Counted from the first letter of the stretch, positions 25,657 through 37,868 are shown. The stretch is 64,000 nt of DNA from Squalus acanthias (GCA_030390025.1 CM059432.1:68760001-68824000), one strand, 5' to 3'. The notes: generated by a model not told the origin, from the sequence alone. Translations and numbers: made by a program.

Positions 25657-26134
25657 GCTGATGTGATATTGGCCACACTGGGATTCATGGCTGCAGACAA
25701 AAGCTGTATTGCTGTAAAAATAACGGTCCAAATTTTGCTGGGGTGGGGCATCTCGCAGTGTGCCCATTTAGTTGGCAGTGCGAGCTGGTAATCGCGTTGT
25801 GAGGGCAACAGGGCATCTGGGACCTTGGTGAACGACAGGATCATAAAATCAAAGAATGATGCAGCACAAGAGGCCATTCGGCCCATCATGCCTGTGCTGG
25901 CCCTTTGAAAGAGCTATCCAATTAGTCCCTCTCCCCTGCAAATTTTTCCCCTTCAAGTATTTATCCAATTACCTTTTGAAAGTTACCATTGAATCTGCTT
26001 CCACCACTTTTTCAGGCAGTGAAGTAGGAAGAGGGTCGAGAGAGCAGGATTTCCCAACCCCACTTCTTTCTGTGTCCGCCCCATGAAAAGAAAACTCTCC
26101 CTCAAGTTCCTTACCACTGCACTTTCAAATTCCC

Positions 26135-27172
26135 AACTATCTAGCCTTTGGCCTACAATTCTTCATGACATTCCTGCTCTCTCGACCCTATTCCTACTAA
26201 GCTGCAGACCACCCAACTTCCCTTCCTGGCTCCCATGTTAGCTGATATCGTTAACAGTTCTCTCTCCTCGGGTACTGTCCCCCTCTCCTTCAAATCTGCC
26301 ATCATCACCCCTCTCCTCAAAAAAACAACCCTTGACCCCCTCCGTCCTTGCAAACTATCGCCCCATCTCCAATCTCCCTTTCCTCTCCAAAGTCCTTGAA
26401 CATGTTGCCATCTCCCAAATGTGTGCCCATCTTTCACGGAACTCCTTGTTTGAATCCTTCAGGTTTCCACCTCCCACCACAGAACTGAAACGGCTCTTGC
26501 CAAAGTCACAAATGACATCCCATGTGACCGTGACAAAGGTAAACTATCCCTTCTCGTCCTGTCTGCAGCCTTTGACACGGTTGACCGCACAATTCTGTTC
26601 CAACGCCTCTCCACCATCGTCCAGCTGGATGGGACTGCACTCGCCTGGTTCCATTCCTATCTTTCCAGCCTTAGCCGTAGAATCACCTGCAATGGCTTCT
26701 CTCCCTGCTCCCCCAAGGCTCTATCCTTGGCCTCCTCCTTTTTCTCATCTACATGCTACCCCTCAGTGAAATTATCCGACAACACAGCGTGAGTTTTCAC
26801 ATGTACGCTGATGATATCCAGCTGTACCTCTCCTCCACCTCTCTCAACCCCTCCACTGTCTCTATACCGTCAGACTGCTTGTCCAACATCCAGCACTGGA
26901 CAAGCAGAAATTTCGTCCAACTAAATATTGGGAAGACTAAAGCCATTGTCTTCGGTCCACGGCAGAAACTCCATTCCTTTGCCACTGATTACATCCCTCT
27001 CCCTGGCAACTGTCTGAGGCTGACCCAGTCTGTTCACAACCTTGGTATTATATTTGATCACGAGGTAAGTTTCCTAGCTCATATCCATGCTATCACTAAG
27101 ACCATCCATTTCCACCTCTGTAACATTGCCCATCTCCACCCTTGCCTCAGCTTATCTGCTGCTTAAACCCTC
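26135..27172 (+). mobile_element. L2 LINE fragment (RT)
   Basis: NYRPISNLPFLSKVLE and [11 protein letters not shown] in ORFs 26332-26769 and 26753-27166. Confidence 0.85.
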
Positions 27173-27177
27173 ATGGT

Positions 27178-28780
27178 GATGGTGAACAGGTGTTGGAGAA
27201 GGATGGAGTGGTCAACCATGTGAAAGGCTACAGACAAGTCAAGAAGGACGAGGAGGGATAGTTTACCTTTGTCGCAGTCACAAAGTATGTCATTTGTGAC
27301 TTTGATGAGAACCGTTTCGGTACTGTGGCAGGGGCGGAAAACTGATTGGAGGGATTCAAACATGGAGTTGCGGGAAAGATGGGCAAGGATTTGGGAGGCG
27401 ACAACACGTTCAAGGACTTGAGAGGAAAGGGAGGTTGGAGATTGGAGTTGGGGCGGTAGTTTGCAAGGATGGAGGGATCAAGGGTTGTTTTTTGAGGAGA
27501 GGCGTGATGACGGCAGATTTGAGGGCAAGGGGGGCAGTACCCGAGGAGAGAGAACCGTTAACAATGTCAGCTAACATGGGAGCCAGAAAAGGAAGTTGGG
27601 TGGTCAGCAGTTTGGTGGGAATAGGGTCAAGGGAGCAGGAAGTGGGTCTCATGGACAAGATGAGCACGGAGAGGTCATGAGGGGAGATCAGAGAGAAACT
27701 GGAGAAAGATGCGAGTTCAGGGCTAGGGCAGGGGGTAACCTTAGAGGAGGTTTGGCCCGGTGGCCTAGAGAAAGGAAGGGAAGCGGCAGAGGCAGCTGAA
27801 CGGATGGTCTCAATCTTAGAGACAAAGAAGTCCATGAGCTCCTCACACTTGTTGTTGGAGGTGAGGGTGGAGGAGACAGGGGAGAGGGGTTTAAGAAGAC
27901 GGTTAGCAGTGGAGAATAGAAGCCGGGGTTTATCTTTGCATTCCAGAATGATTCTGGAATAGTGAGCAATTTTGGCAGACAAGAGCAGGACCTGATCCTG
28001 CTTTATGTGGTCCAGCCAGATCTGGCGGTGAATGGCTAAACCAGTTGTCCACCATATCCGTTCAAGTCTGCGTCCGTTGGACTTAACGGAGCGAAAATGA
28101 GGGCCGTACCAGAGGGAGCAGCCAGGGTGAGAGAGAGTAATTGTTTTAATAGGGACTAGGGCATCAAAGGTGGTGGTGAGGGTGTGGTTGAGCAGATCAG
28201 TAGCTACAGAAATGTTGTGGTGAATGCAGGGCCAAAGGCTGGACAGTTGGGATTTCGTAAGTGTAGCTGTAAGAGAGTTGGGAGAGAGTTTTTTCCAGGG
28301 GCAGACACAGAAGGAAGCCGGGGGTGGGGGGGGGGGGGGGGGGGGGGAGAATTGGGACGTGGGTGGAGAGTGATACGCAGAAGTGGTCAGAGGTGGCCTT
28401 ATCTGTGATTGACACGATGGGAGTAGTGAGGCCACGAGAGATGGCAAGGTCGAGGGCGTGGCTGTGAATATGGATTGGGGAGTTTACATGGAGGGAGAGA
28501 TTAAGGGAGGATAGGAGGATAGTAAACTCAGAGGAGAGAGCGCATGGTGAATTGAGATGGAGGTTGAAATCACCGAGGATGAGAAGTCGATCGGTGCAGA
28601 GGTGGAGGGAGGAAAGCAATGAAGATATCTAGGTAATAAAATTTTTATGGTACTTCAGTAGGCGGTAGAGAATGAGAATTTTAAATGAGAGGTCAGAGGG
28701 GTGGAATAAGGCGAGATGCTCAAAGGAGGAGAAAGTGCCAGAGGAATCGGGGGACAGACCAAGGTGTGATTTGGTGAATC
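27178..28780 (-). mobile_element. L2 LINE fragment (endonuclease, linker, RT start)
   Basis: LILGDFNLH and SDH endonuclease motifs (ORF 28197-28619), ORF 27410-28447 and LLDLSVAF. Confidence 0.88.
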
Positions 28781-29439
28781 TTTAGAGATTTATGAACCAT
28801 GATCATTTTCTTTCACCACAGGTTTCAGTTCTATTCCTTATAAAGTGTAAATATACTTAGTGTTGAGCCTCCAAACATGCATAACACTGCACTTCTCCAA
28901 GTTAAATACCATTTGTCAAACATGGGCCCATTACCCCAACACATCGAGATCTGGTCTCAGTTGTTTAGTCTCCTCCACAGTCCTAACACCAGCATGAATC
29001 TTCATATCATTCCCAACACCTTCATCGAGGTCATTAAACAAAGGCCCTAACACTGATCCCTACATGACAACACTGGTAGCCGGTCTCCAAGCAAATCCAC
29101 ATCCATTGATAAAAATGATTTGCCAAGGGGCATGCAGCCAATTCTTTATCCATTGTAGTAACTTCCCATTAATTCCATGGATTTTATCTTGTGGAGTAAC
29201 CTATTGTGAAAATTATGCTTTCTGAATATGATAAAGTTTGATATCTGAATATGAGTGAATTTGATACTATGTTTAAGAGAGCAGGAGAGTCACAAACCAA
29301 GGTTTTTAAGTATCAAGCTAAAGGTGAAAATCCAGCGAACTAGGAGAGATATAAAAAGCAACAAAGGGATACAAAGAAACAAGAGATGCAAAAAGGGAAT
29401 ATGGAAAAAAAACTTGCAAGGGATATTAAATCTAAATGA

Positions 29440-30612
29440 CAGAAAGAGGGTGATGGAATGGGGAAAAGAAATAGGTCAGGAAATTGCAAATGCAGTAGTC
29501 ATAATTTTTCTAAGCTCCTTTGATTCAGAAATTGTGCTGTTGGATTGGAAAATTGCAAATGTCACTCCATTATTTAAGAAAGAGAAAAAATAGGTACAAT
29601 ATCGACAGACCTGTCAGTCTAATGTCAGTTGTTGGGAAGTTACTGGAACCTGTCATTAAGGACAGTGTGACTTAGCACTTGGACAAGCATGAGCTGATCA
29701 GAGAGTCAGCGTAGATTTTTAAAGGGTAGGTCGTGTTTGACTAATCCAGCTAATATTTTTGAGGAGATCACTAACATGGTGGATAAGGGAGTGTCTATGG
29801 ATGTTATCTATACAGACTTCCAGAAGGCATTTAATAAGGTTCCATATAGGAGCTTAGTAGCAAAAATGAAAGCGCACACAATTGGAGGCAAACTTACAAC
29901 ATGGGCTGGAAATTGGATGGGAGGTAGGAGACAGAGTTAAAGTGAATGAATGGAAGGATGTGACAAGTAGTGTTCCCCAGGGATCTGCACTAGGGGCTCA
30001 GGTTTTCACTATATATATCAATGACTTGGATGAAGGCTTAGAGAATTGTATATTCAAATTTGCAGATGACACCAAGTTAGAAGGCACAGTAAGTTGTGCA
30101 GATGGGAGCAGGGTTACAAAGGGACATAGACAGATTAAGGTGAGTGGGCAAAACTACAGCAAATGGAGTTCCATGTGGGGAAGTGCAAGGTCATCCACAT
30201 TGGGTCCAAGAAAAATAAATTGAAATATGTTCTAAATGGTGACAAACTAAGAACTGTAAAGGAGCAAAGAGATTTGGGAATCCAACTACATAATTCATTA
30301 AAAGCTAGCAGCCAGGTACAAAAAGAAATCAAAAAGGCTACTGGAATGTTGGCCTTTATCTCAAGGGGATGGAATACAAAAAAGGAGGAAGTTATGCTTC
30401 AGTAGTACAGAGCCTTAGTCAGACCCCATTTGAAGTACTGTGTTCAGTTTTGGGCACCACACCTCGGGAAGGATATAATGGCCTTGAAGGTGGTGCAGCG
30501 CAGATTCACCAGAATGATACCGAGATTTAAAGGGTTAAACTATGAGGACAGGTTACATAAACTTAGATCCCCTGGAGTATAGAAGATTGAGGGGCGATCT
30601 GATCGAAGTGTT
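29440..30612 (+). mobile_element. Decayed CR1 LINE (RT to C-terminus)
   Basis: DWKIANVTPLFKK, DFQKAFNKV and KFADDTKL motifs with many stops and frameshifts. Confidence 0.8.
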
Positions 30613-30996
30613 TATCGTAGTTAAGCTCTTACCATTTCTATCCCAATTGTCTACTCTCCTCTTCTCCAGTGATCTTTTAAATTGCTCTGATAGCTTTTGT
30701 TTCTCTAATTGTACATGAAATGTGTTTGTTTTTGAGAATGGCATTCTTTTAATCTACGAAGAGGTGAGAACGTCGCTTAAGTAGTGCACAACTTACCACA
30801 GATGGTAACTATCTAGAAACATCAGCAACCTGCCCCCGCCCCCTCCACTGCAATCCCTCGACACATGTTTTCTCAATATGTGATTTAGTCAGTATTCTTG
30901 GATCAGTGCACTATTCTGGTTGTGCTGTGAAGAGGACAATATTAATCACTGAAGCTGCACCCGCCCTTTGTCCATCGCCTTCCAGGTGAGACTCAC

Positions 30997-31065
30997 CGCG
31001 GCCGTTGCTTTCTTTGCAGCGGGGATAATGGCAGGAACCGGCGCTGACATGTTGTTACCACACAT
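30997..31065 (-). CDS. LYPLA1: LYPLA1 coding exon 1 ([23 protein letters not shown])
   Basis: ATG at 31065-31063; MCGNNMS N-terminus with Cys2; gtgagt donor; MRPL15 as neighbour favours LYPLA1 over LYPLA2. Confidence 0.95.
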
Positions 31066-31909
31066 ACACAGCAAAAAGAAAAGCGTCCAGCCAGCCCCGG
31101 GTCACCTCCACGACACACGGCCCGCCGCCGCTCTCAGCGTTCGCTCTGCCCCGCTCCTGGGCCGTTAGCTCCGCCGTCCCGCGCCGCCACACAATTCGCC
31201 GCCGGATGTCCCGCCTCCTCCTGATCCGATTTGACGCCTCCACAATCTGAAGCCCGGTCTGGACGTTGTGATTGGCTAACCGGGATGTCAATCAGAAGAA
31301 ACAATCGCCAGTGGACTGCGCAGACGCAACTCAAGATCAACTATAGCGAGTTGTGGTCGGGACAGTTTCATCTCTCATTATATCTTCTCTCAATTAATTT
31401 TGCGATGAATGTGAATAAATGCCAATGTAAAGCGGTCTCACAAAAAAAACCTCTTTGCCTGTTGGTCAAACTTAGTCAGTTGCTGCTCGCATGTTTACAG
31501 TTCTAAGCTGTGCCCTGGCCAATATTTATTCCTCAATTAACATCACTAAAACTAATCATCTGATCATTATCACACTGCTGTTTGTGGGAGCTTGCTGTGC
31601 GAAAATTGGCTGCCGCGTTTCCTACATTACAACAGTGACTACATTTTATAAAAAGTACTTAATTGGCTGTAAAGCGCCTTGGGACGTCTGGTGGTCGTGA
31701 AATAAATGCAAGTCTTTTCTTTTATGAAAGGCCTGGAAAGGAGGTTGAGAACCACGCAGAAGAGAAAAAGCCGTGACGGGCAATTAAAGGGCGCAGGGGT
31801 CATTGAGAGGCTGGGGCTCACGCCAGCACCGCACCCGCCGTAAAGCAGCGTCAGCCTGTTCGCCGTGAGGTGAAGTGGCGGTTGGGAGGGTTTGTGACGC
31901 TTGGGGAGG
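31066..31909. promoter_or_regulatory. CpG-rich bidirectional promoter and 5' UTRs of LYPLA1 and MRPL15
   Basis: Lies between divergent start codons; CpG-dense; CCAAT on the minus strand (31271-31275); NRF1-like TGCGCAGACGCA at 31317-31328. Confidence 0.8.
31508..31722 (+). mobile_element. DeuSINE 3' half inside the promoter
   Basis: cctggccaatatttat...gggagcttgctgtgc...aaatgcaagtctttt matches the other DeuSINE copies. Confidence 0.85.
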
Positions 31910-32014
31910 ATGTCGTGGCGCGGGAGCGGGCGCTCGGCGGGGCTCGAGCTGCTACGGCGCTTGCCGCGGGTTTCACTCGCCAACCTGAGGCCGAACCCCG
32001 GAGCCAAGACAAGG
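31910..32014 (+). CDS. MRPL15: MRPL15 coding exon 1 (MSWRGSGRSAGLELLRRLPRVSLANLRPNPGAKTR)
   Basis: ATG at 31910; LPRVSLANL.PNPG motif; gtgagt donor at 32015. Confidence 0.93.
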
Positions 32015-32189
32015 GTGAGTTAGCGGCACAGCACGGCGCGCCTGCAGTTACCGCACGCACAGCCCCAGCCCCTGGGAGGAGCCGGGCCCAGGGATTCCGG
32101 TCACCCGCCGCCCTCTGACTGCCCTCCCGGCAGAGTCAAATCCTCAGACTTGCAATTTACCAATGGCCTCCCTCTGTGCTGTAACCATT

Positions 32190-32560
32190 CTGTGATCCTG
32201 TCACTGTTAATGTGGGCGAAGGAGGAAGTCATTTTTTTGTGCACAGCAAGATCCCAGAAACAGCCTCTGTTTTTGGTGGTGATGGTGTACGGGAGGAATA
32301 TTAGCCGAAAGACGTGTTTGGGTTGGGGTTGGGGTTGGGGTTGGGGGGGGTGGGGGGGAGAAAGCTCCCTGTTCTTTGAAACATGCCACGGGATCTTTAA
32401 CAACCACTGAGCCACGGTCTGAAGGCCCAGCCAAAGGTTGGAGATGGTGTAGAGTACTCCTTCAGGACTGCACTGCGAGGTCAGGCTAGACCATGCACTC
32501 TGACCCTGCGGAGGGGGGCTTGAGCCCACACTCCCTGACTCCTGATGAGAGTGTCTCCAA
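32190..32560 (-). mobile_element. Decayed DeuSINE containing a (GGGGTT)n/poly-G expansion
   Basis: tgccacgggatctttaa core and tRNA-like head; G tracts at 32320-32358. Confidence 0.6.
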
Positions 32561-32564
32561 AGCA

Positions 32565-33420
32565 ACAACAACAACAACTTGCACCTTTTAACGTAGAGAA
32601 ACGTCGCAAGGTGCTTCACACAGGCAGAATAGACCCACAGCCAACGAAGGAGATATTACATAGGATATATGCCATTCGGCCTAACCAGTCCATGCCGGCG
32701 TTTATGCTCCACACGAGCCTCCTCCCGTCTTTCCTCATCTAAATCTATCCCCATTACCCTCCCTTCATTCCCTTCTCCCTCATATGCTTGTCTAACCTCC
32801 CCTTAAATGCATCTATACTATTCGCTTCAACCACTCCCTGTGGTAGCGAGTTCTACATTCTTGCTACTCTTTGGGTAAAGAAGTTTCTTCTGAATTCTCC
32901 ATTGGATTTCTTGGTGACTATCTTATATTGATGGCCTCTAGTTATGCTCTTCCCCACAAGTGGAAACATTCTCTCTGTATCCAATCTATCAGAATCTTTC
33001 ATAATTTTAATGACCTCTATTTGGTCTTTTTTGTGCACAGCAAGATCCCAGAAACAGCCTCTGTTTTTGGTGGTGATGGTGTACGGGAGGACCTCCTATT
33101 TTGTTCAAGAGAAAAGCGACCCAGCCTGTTCATCCTTTCCTGATATGTATATCCTCGCATTTCTGGTATCATTCTGGCATTGAGAGCAGCGACTAAAGGC
33201 TTGGTTAAAGAAGTGGGTTTTAAGATGGGTCTTAAAGGAAGAGGGGGAGATGGTGAGGCAGAGGAGTTTTGAAAGGGACTTCCAGAGTTGGGGCCTAGGT
33301 GGCTGAAAGCACAACCACCAATGGTGGGGCAAAGGAAGGGGGGGGGGGGGAAAGGCAGTCAGAGGGATGGAGACTTTGCTTTGGTGGTGGGTGGTTCTGT
33401 AGTGCTGGATGAGGTTACTC
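32565..33420 (-). mobile_element. L2 3' end split by a CR1 3' end (~32660-33175)
   Basis: (aac)n tail at 32565; CR1 ORF 32853-33038 (RRNFFTQRV); L2 UTR resumes at ~33180. Confidence 0.7.
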
Positions 33421-33722
33421 AAACAAGTTAATGCTGAGCCCTGCTTGAGTCATTTTGCAAATAACTTTAAAAATGTTATTCAAGGTGGTGTTCAAAGTGC
33501 TTTGGCCAAATTAGGAGTATTTCTTAGCTGTACTTTTGTACTCTAGCAAGGCCAGAATACAACTTTTTTGTGAGGTCTGAAAGGATTATTCTTCAGCTTG
33601 GATTTTTGTTACTAGAAATGTCTCACAACTAGCCATCTTTGCCATTCTGTTTTTGGTTCAACTGGAACAAAGATGAAGGAAAATCTGTCGTAGATCGATA
33701 ACCAATAATGCTTAATTTCTAG

Positions 33723-33880
33723 GAAAAAAGACGTGGCAGGGGCATCCATGGAGGGAAAAAAAGTGGCCGAGGTCACAAAGGCCAGACACAGCGTGGAAAC
33801 CGCCCACGATTAGGGTTTGAAGGTGGACAGACTCCATTTTATATTGTTATTCCAAAATATGGATACAATGAGGGGCACAG
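33723..33880 (+). CDS. MRPL15: MRPL15 coding exon 2 ([53 protein letters not shown])
   Basis: uL15 signature GRGHKG...GFEGGQTP; ttctag acceptor and gttggt donor. Confidence 0.96.
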
Positions 33881-34137
33881 GTTGGTGAATGAATAACTTT
33901 ATTGACTATGCAGTTAATGTTATTTTCACCCACATTACAAACTATCATCAGTACACCATATTTTAAACAGTATGTACTGTTTTCATGGGAAAAATATATA
34001 TATGTGCGTGTATATATAGATGTGTGTATGTATATATGTAAATGTGCGCACACATACATGTGTGTATATATACTTGTGTTGTGTGTATGTGTATAATATA
34101 TGCATGTTCACATACGTGTGTGTATATTATATCTCAA

Positions 34138-34860
34138 AGAATCATAGAAATTTACAGCACAGAAGGGGGTCATTCGGCCCATTGTGCCTGTGCCAGCCGA
34201 AAAAGAGCTTTCCAGCCAAATCCCACTTTTCAGCACTTGGTCCGTAGCCTTGTAGGTTACAGCACTTCAAGTGCATATCTAAGTACTTTTAAATGCGGTG
34301 AGGGTTTCTGTCTCTACCACCCTTTCAGGCAGTGAGTTCCAGACCCCACCACCCTCTGGGTGAAAAAAAGTTCTCCTCAACTCCCCTCCAATCCTTCTAC
34401 CAATTACTTTAAATCTATGCCCCCTGGTTATTGACCTCTCTGTTAAGGGAAATAGGTCCTTCCCATCCACTCTCTCTCTAGGCCTCTCATAATTTAATAT
34501 ACCTCAATTAATTCTCCCCTCAACCTCCTCTGTTCCAAAGAAAACAACCCCAGCCGATCCAATCTTCATAGCTAAAATTCTCCAGTCCTGGCAACACCCT
34601 CGTAAATCTCCTCTGTGCCCTCTCTAGTGCAATCGCATCCTTCCTGTAATGTGACCAGAACTGTACGCAGTACCCTAGCTGTGGCCTAAATAGTGTTTTA
34701 TACAGTTCTAGCATAACCTCCCTGCTCTTCTATGCCTCGGCTAATAAAAGAAAGTATCCTGTATGCCTTCTTAACCACCTTATATCCCTGTCTTGCTACC
34801 TTCAGGGATCTGTGGACATGCACTCTGAGGTCCCTCTGTTCCTCTACACTTCTCAGTATC
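34138..34860 (-). mobile_element. CR1 LINE 3' part
   Basis: LYKTLFRPQLGYCVQFWS and WNSLPERVV remnants; agaatcatagaa tail. Confidence 0.85.
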
Positions 34861-34862
34861 TC

Positions 34863-35256
34863 ATGCGTGTGCGCGTGCATGAGTTTGCATGCACCTGCAA
34901 ATGTGTACGTGTATGCTTACATCGTGCATGCCTGCATATATGCTTGTGCCTGCGCATGCCTGTGTATGCGTACGTACACTTGTATATGCATATTTGTATA
35001 TGCATGAGTGTATGAAAATAAATACATATGTGCGTGTGTATATATGTGCATGTCTGTATGCATGCATGTTTGTGCATGGCTGTATGTATAAGTGCATATC
35101 TGTATACATGCATATGAGTTTGATCATGTGTATGAGTGTGTTTGCATATGCGTAAGTATACGCATACGTATATGCATGTATGTGTGTACGTATGTGCAGG
35201 TATACATACATAGGTGTAGGTGTAGGCGTATGTGTGTGTGAGTGTAGGTGTGAGTA
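34863..35256. repeat. Alternating purine-pyrimidine (TA/TG/CA/CG) low-complexity tract
   Basis: Visible RY dinucleotide run; similar pieces at 33994-34130 and 38044-38120. Confidence 0.9.
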
Positions 35257-36218
35257 TAACAACAACTTGTATTTATATAGCGCCTTTAACATAGTAAAAC
35301 GTCCCAAGGTGCTTCACAGGAGTATTATAAGGCAAAAAATTTGACACCGAGCCACATAAGGAGAAATATGGGGAGGTGACCAAAAGCTTGGTCAAAAAGG
35401 TAGGTTTTAAGGAGCGTCTTAAAGGAGGAAAGAGAGGCAGAGAGGTTTAGGCAGGGAATTCCAGAGCTTAGGGCCTAGGCAAACCAGAAGGCACGGCCAC
35501 CAATGGTTGAGCGATTATAATCAGGAATGCTCAAAAGGGTAGAATTAGAGGAGCGCAGATATCTCTGGGTTGTGTGACTGGAGGAGATTAGAGATAGGGA
35601 GGGGCGAGGCCATGGAGGGATTTGAAAACGAGGATGAGAATTTTGAAATAGAGGCGTTGCTTAACCTGGAGCCAGTGTAGGTCAGCGAGCACAGGGGTGG
35701 TGGGTGAACGGGACTTGGTGCGAGTTAGGACACGGGCAGCCGAGTTTTGGATCACCTCAAGTTTACGCAGGGTAGAATGTGGAAGGCCAGCTAGGAGTGC
35801 ATTGGAATAGTCAGGTCTAGAAGTAACAAAGGCATGGATGAGTAGCGGATGAGCTGAAGCAAGGGCGGAGACGGGCGATGTTACGGAGGTGGAAATAGGC
35901 GGTCTTAGTTATGCCGTGGATATGTGGTCGGAAGCTCATTTCAGGGTCCGATATGACACCAAGGTTGTAAACAGTGTGGTTCAGCCTCAGACAGATGTTA
36001 GGGAGAGGGATGGAGTCGGTGGCTAGGGACCAGAGTTTGTGGCGGAGACCAAAAACAATGGCTTTGGTCTTCCCAATATTTAATTGGAGAAAATTTCTGC
36101 TCGTCCAGAACTGGATGTCGGACAAGCAGTCTGACAATTTAGAGATCGTGGAGGGGTCTAGAGAAGTAATAGTGAGGTAGAGCTGGGTGTCGTCAGAGTA
36201 CATGTGGAAACTGACACT
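35257..36218 (-). mobile_element. 5'-truncated L2 LINE
   Basis: MYSDDTQLY...LNIGKTK in ORF 35817-36203, with 3' UTR and (aac)n tail. Confidence 0.9.
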
Positions 36219-36241
36219 GTTGGAAGTATGTGCATGTATAT

Positions 36242-37580
36242 AGACCAGTTAGCTTAACATCTGTTGTTGGGAAATTACTAGAGTCTATAATTAAGGATAG
36301 GGTGACTGAACACCTCAAATTTTCAGTTGATCAGAGAAAGCCAGCACGGATTTGTGAAAGGTGGGTCATGCCTGACAAACCTAATAGGTGACTAAAGTAG
36401 TGGACAGAGGAATGTCTATGGATGTAATTTTATGTGGACTTCCAGAAAGCATTTGATAAAGTCCCGCATAAGAGACTGTTATATAAGGTAGAAGCCCATG
36501 GAATTGAGGGCAAATTATTGACCTGATTAGGAAATTGGCTGAGCAGCAGGAGACAGAGAGTAGAGATAATTGGTAGGTACTCTAATTGGCAGGATGTGAC
36601 TAGTGGTGTCCTGCAGAGATCTGTGTTGGGGCCTCAACTATTCACAGTATTTATTAATGACTTGGATGATGGCATAGAAAGCCATATATCCAAATTTGCC
36701 GATGACCCAAAGATAGGTGGCAGTGTAGATGAAAGTATAAAATTACAAAGGGATATCGATAGATTAAGTGAATGGGCAAAACTGTGGCAAATGGATTTCA
36801 ATGTAGGCAAATGTGAGGTCATCCACTTTGAATCTAAAAAGGATAGAACAGGGTACTTTCTAAATGGTGAAAAGCTAAAAATAGTGGAGGTCCAAAGAGA
36901 CTTGGGGGTCCAGGTACATAGATCATTAAAATGTCATGAACAGGTACAGAAAATAATCAAAAGGCCTAATGGAATGCTGGCCTTTATGTCTAGAGGACTA
37001 GAATAGAAGGGGGTGGAAGTTATGCTGCAGCTATACAAAACCCTGGTTAGACCACACCTGGAGTACTGTGAGCAGTTCTGGGCACCACTCCTTAGGAAGG
37101 ATATATTGGCCTTGGAGGGAGTGCGGCGTAGGTTTACTAGAATGATAGCCGGATTCCAGGGGTTAAATTACGAGGAGAGATTGCACAAATTAGGGTTGTA
37201 TTCCCTGGAATTTAGAAGGTTAAGGGGTGATTTGATCGATATTAAGCAGAACAGCTAGGGTAGATAGTGAGAAACTATTTCTGCTGGTTGGGGAGTCTGG
37301 GACTAGGAGCATAGTCTTAAAAATTAGAGCCAGACCTTTCAGGAGTGAAATTAGGAAACACTTCTACACACAGGGTGGTAGGTAGAAGTTTAGAACTCTC
37401 TTCCGCAAACTGCAATTGATGCTAGATCAATTGTTTATTATAAATCTGAGATTGATAGATTTTTGTTAACCAAAGGTATGAAGGGATATGGGCCAAAGGC
37501 GGGTATATGGAGTTAGGTCGCAGATTTCATTGAATGGCGGAACAGGCTCGAGGGGCGAAATGGCCTACTCCTGTCCCTGT
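36242..37580 (+). mobile_element. CR1 LINE (RT to 3' end), decayed
   Basis: ORFs 36596-37006 (KFADD) and 37013-37258. Confidence 0.87.
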
Positions 37581-37604
37581 GTGTGTGGACAGGCATATAG
37601 GGTG

Positions 37605-37850
37605 TTAGTTATGGCTCAGTGGTAGCACTCTAAGTCATAAGGTTGTGGGTTTAAGGCCCGCTCCAGGAACGTGAGCACAAGTGGTCATTATCTCATTGCT
37701 GTTTGTGGGACCTTGCTGTGTGCAAATTGTCTGCCGCGTTTCCTACATTACAACAGTGAATACACTTCAAAAGTACTTAATTGGCTGTAAAGCGCTTAAG
37801 GGCGTCCTGAGGTTGTGAAAGGTGCTGTATTAATGCAAGTCTTTTTTTTT
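37605..37850 (+). mobile_element. Internally deleted DeuSINE
   Basis: Head ggctcagtggtagcactc joined directly to the 3' half. Confidence 0.75.
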
Positions 37851-37868
37851 CTATATGTGCATGTCAAT

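Noticed and set aside
31639..32118. Track ORFs across the MRPL15 promoter
   Set aside because: Alternative or antisense frames of GC-rich DNA; the real exon is 31910-32014 in another frame.
32320..32345. Interstitial telomere
   Set aside because: The unit is TTGGGG, not vertebrate TTAGGG, and there are only about four copies inside a SINE.
34732..35307. Cys/His/Tyr-rich ORFs resembling metal-binding proteins
   Set aside because: Translations of the RY dinucleotide tract.
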